A stretch of DNA of 63,900 nucleotides, filler included, from Asterionella formosa (taxonomy: Eukaryota), in NCBI GenBank assembly GCA_002256025.1. It is 12 parts of 12 records of this genome, joined end to end, with 100 filler letters (N's around TTAATTAATTAA, not from the genome) between each part and the next. Parts side by side here need not be neighbours in the genome. Positions count along the whole stretch, not along the records: positions 60,876 to 62,338 come from NKIB01002336.1; positions 62,439 to 63,900 come from NKIB01002338.1; 10 more parts are not named here. One strand, given 5' to 3'. The notes under the pieces are model-generated. The model saw only the letters and a list, made by a program, of their open reading frames with translations, was not told where the DNA came from and ran no database searches. The translations under genes and the position numbers were made by a program. Positions 61,886-63,900 of the stretch are shown here, one piece after another (position 1 is the stretch's first letter; each line of letters begins with the position of its first letter).

Positions 61886-62719
61886 TCATGACTGACCACT
61901 TTTCCAATTCCAAACGGCACAAGTAAGAGGAAGAACGAAATGGAGGTAAAGGAACTACAACAGCAATCAAACATAGTTCCGAACACAAGACGAAGAAAAC
62001 GAGCGACGGTGCAGAGCAACAACAAAAAGAACAACAGCAATGTGACAAAAGACCTGTTTCCATTTCCCAAAATATTAACTGCTTACCATAATTTCTCGAA
62101 CTTTCAGATGCATCCTTTCTGTGATGACACCAAGCAAGGAGAAACAAAAAATGCCTGCCTGTTTCTTCCAGAGGAACCGGCCCACAACAGAATCCTTCTT
62201 GTTATCTGGAAGCGAAGAACAAGATTCACAGAGTCAGATGATGGCTGGTTTTTAACAAACAAGACCTTTTTACATTCCATATCAAACAATGCATGTTCAA
62301 GTTCAAACGCAGGGCGAGGAACACCAAGAAAGAGAAGGNNNNNNNNNNNNNNNNNNNNNNNNNNNNNNNNNNNNNNNNNNNNTTAATTAATTAANNNNNN
62401 NNNNNNNNNNNNNNNNNNNNNNNNNNNNNNNNNNNNNNAGGAGCAGTGCATCAGCATATATGCCCTGCTGTTACTATTTTTTTAATTCCTATGAAATCTC
62501 TTGATCTGTTCTCCGTTTTTTCGCCACAATTGCTTTCATTGGTTGTTTCACTGGACAGCATTCGAATTGATTGTGCTTTGAACAAAGCAATGATCAAAGT
62601 CCACCACATTGCAGAATGGTGAGTCTCACAACTAAGTATCAGCCAGTCGATTAAAATTGGACTGTCTTTTGTGCACCCTAGCTCGTTGTGTTTGTACTTG
62701 ACTTGGCAGCTGTCAGCCA

Positions 62720-63300
62720 AGAGCAGCCATGGCATGCCACCATTTATTGTCTATACAAGTTTCGAATGCGTTCAGCCATGATAACTTTTGCTCCCCCTGT
62801 TTCCTAAACACTATCTCACCACCCTTGTCATAGATTTTTCTTTATCCTTTGGTTTCACAGGCTCAGGTAACTCAATGCATTCATCTGCAAGGAGTTCAGC
62901 CAAGTAGGGCCACGTTGGCGTCAAGAAAACCTCAACCCTGATTTTCCTCACATGCTCCACCCATTGACTTCTTCATTGATGAAGTCGAGGTAGCTATATT
63001 GATTTCAGGTGGCGCAGAATTGTGTATAGCTAGATAGATGATGCCGAAGGCATTGCTTCCTTTTCCGGTAGGCACCTATTTGTCAACATTGTTTGTTTCA
63101 ATCTATTCTTGTTCCCGCAAGACCAGAAGCAATTATCCCTTTACTTCTCCTCCCAAGAACCTTCATTTCTCTTTCACAATTGTCCTGATGATTGCAGAGC
63201 ATTTTTAGTTTGATTTTTCCACTGGTCTCGATCCCTTTTGCATTCAAGTCAAGAAACAAGCAACTCATTGAGATTTCTGGAGGTCTCGGTCAGTGGCACC
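62720..63300 (-). pseudogene. heavily degraded IS630/Tc1/mariner-superfamily transposase C-terminus
   Basis: Fragments GSWEEK.., LDFINEE, KIRVEVFLTP..AELLADECIE, RIRNLYR resemble the W.GK.KG / DF..E / TPK.H.ELAG..IE motifs. Many stops. Confidence 0.4.
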
Positions 63301-63900
63301 ATAAAGCAACAATCAACAGATCATGGCGGCTGTTCTACATTTTCTGTAGCAAGTGACATTCAAGAAGAGTCTGGGATCATTGGGGAGAAAAATTAGTAGG
63401 ATTCTCTGTGTTTGCCCCCGCCCGTTTGGCAGCCATTCTACCATTGCTTCCTCTCAATCAATACTAGTATGGCTAATGAAAACCGTAATTAGATGAAATG
63501 TGACTTCCGTTTTCTAATATTTTACATTGTTGCACTACTTAAACTTGAATCCATAAATGGGCATTCAACTTGTGCTTGCTTCTTGCATTTTTGCACTATA
63601 GACTGGGTGGTGGGCGATAAGCCAAGCAAAGTATCTCTCTTTTCATGAACATCTACAAGCTACTAGTGCTTTTGTCGAGGTTTGTGTCTAATACCAACTG
63701 CTGCCATCCATTGAAATATTCCAGATACATCAAAGAATAGCTACGCTCCTGTCTTTAAAGGTAAGGAACTAGAACGATGACAAAGAAAATCTAATGAGAC
63801 ATGAAAATTACGAAACCAGAATCACTCTGCTACTATAAATAGACAGTCTCATGCTTCTTTGTGCATATCGCCTGCTATGATGCGTTTCAATTCTAGATGT

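Noticed and set aside
48266..62438. Regularly spaced TTAATTAATTAA motif resembling a repeat array or CRISPR
   Set aside because: It is embedded in N-runs and is an artificial six-frame-stop linker.

Overview
Eukaryotic nuclear DNA, most likely a diatom (inferred from short GT-AG introns, a DapF with a bipartite plastid-targeting leader, and diatom-type Copia elements). The window is not one locus. It is 12 separate contigs (about 24.1 kb, 24.1 kb and ten of about 1.46 kb) joined by artificial 100-nt spacers (N-run, TTAATTAATTAA, N-run), so adjacency across a spacer means nothing. Host genes: a small RRM protein, an SR splicing factor, a UAP56-binding-motif protein, a CS-domain protein, a Fyv7/TAP26-like protein, a methionine synthase reductase with two flavodoxin domains, a WEE1 kinase and a plastid DapF. 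They sit among many transposable elements: a LINE relic, a DD39D-type mariner, two tyrosine-recombinase (Crypton-like) relics, two PIF/Harbinger transposases, pogo and ITm relics, Copia fragments and several MITE families. Most interesting: (i) an intact Harbinger transposase convergent with a DUF3504-like tyrosine recombinase, with no terminus visible between them; (ii) a mariner carrying a HIRAN-like cargo ORF; (iii) a Crinkler-type gene whose ubiquitin-like header exon is tandemly amplified in frame; (iv) an 808-bp element whose TIRs are TTAGGG telomere repeats; (v) a GTACC-based simple repeat found upstream of all host genes called here. All family assignments come from recalled motifs, not database searches.
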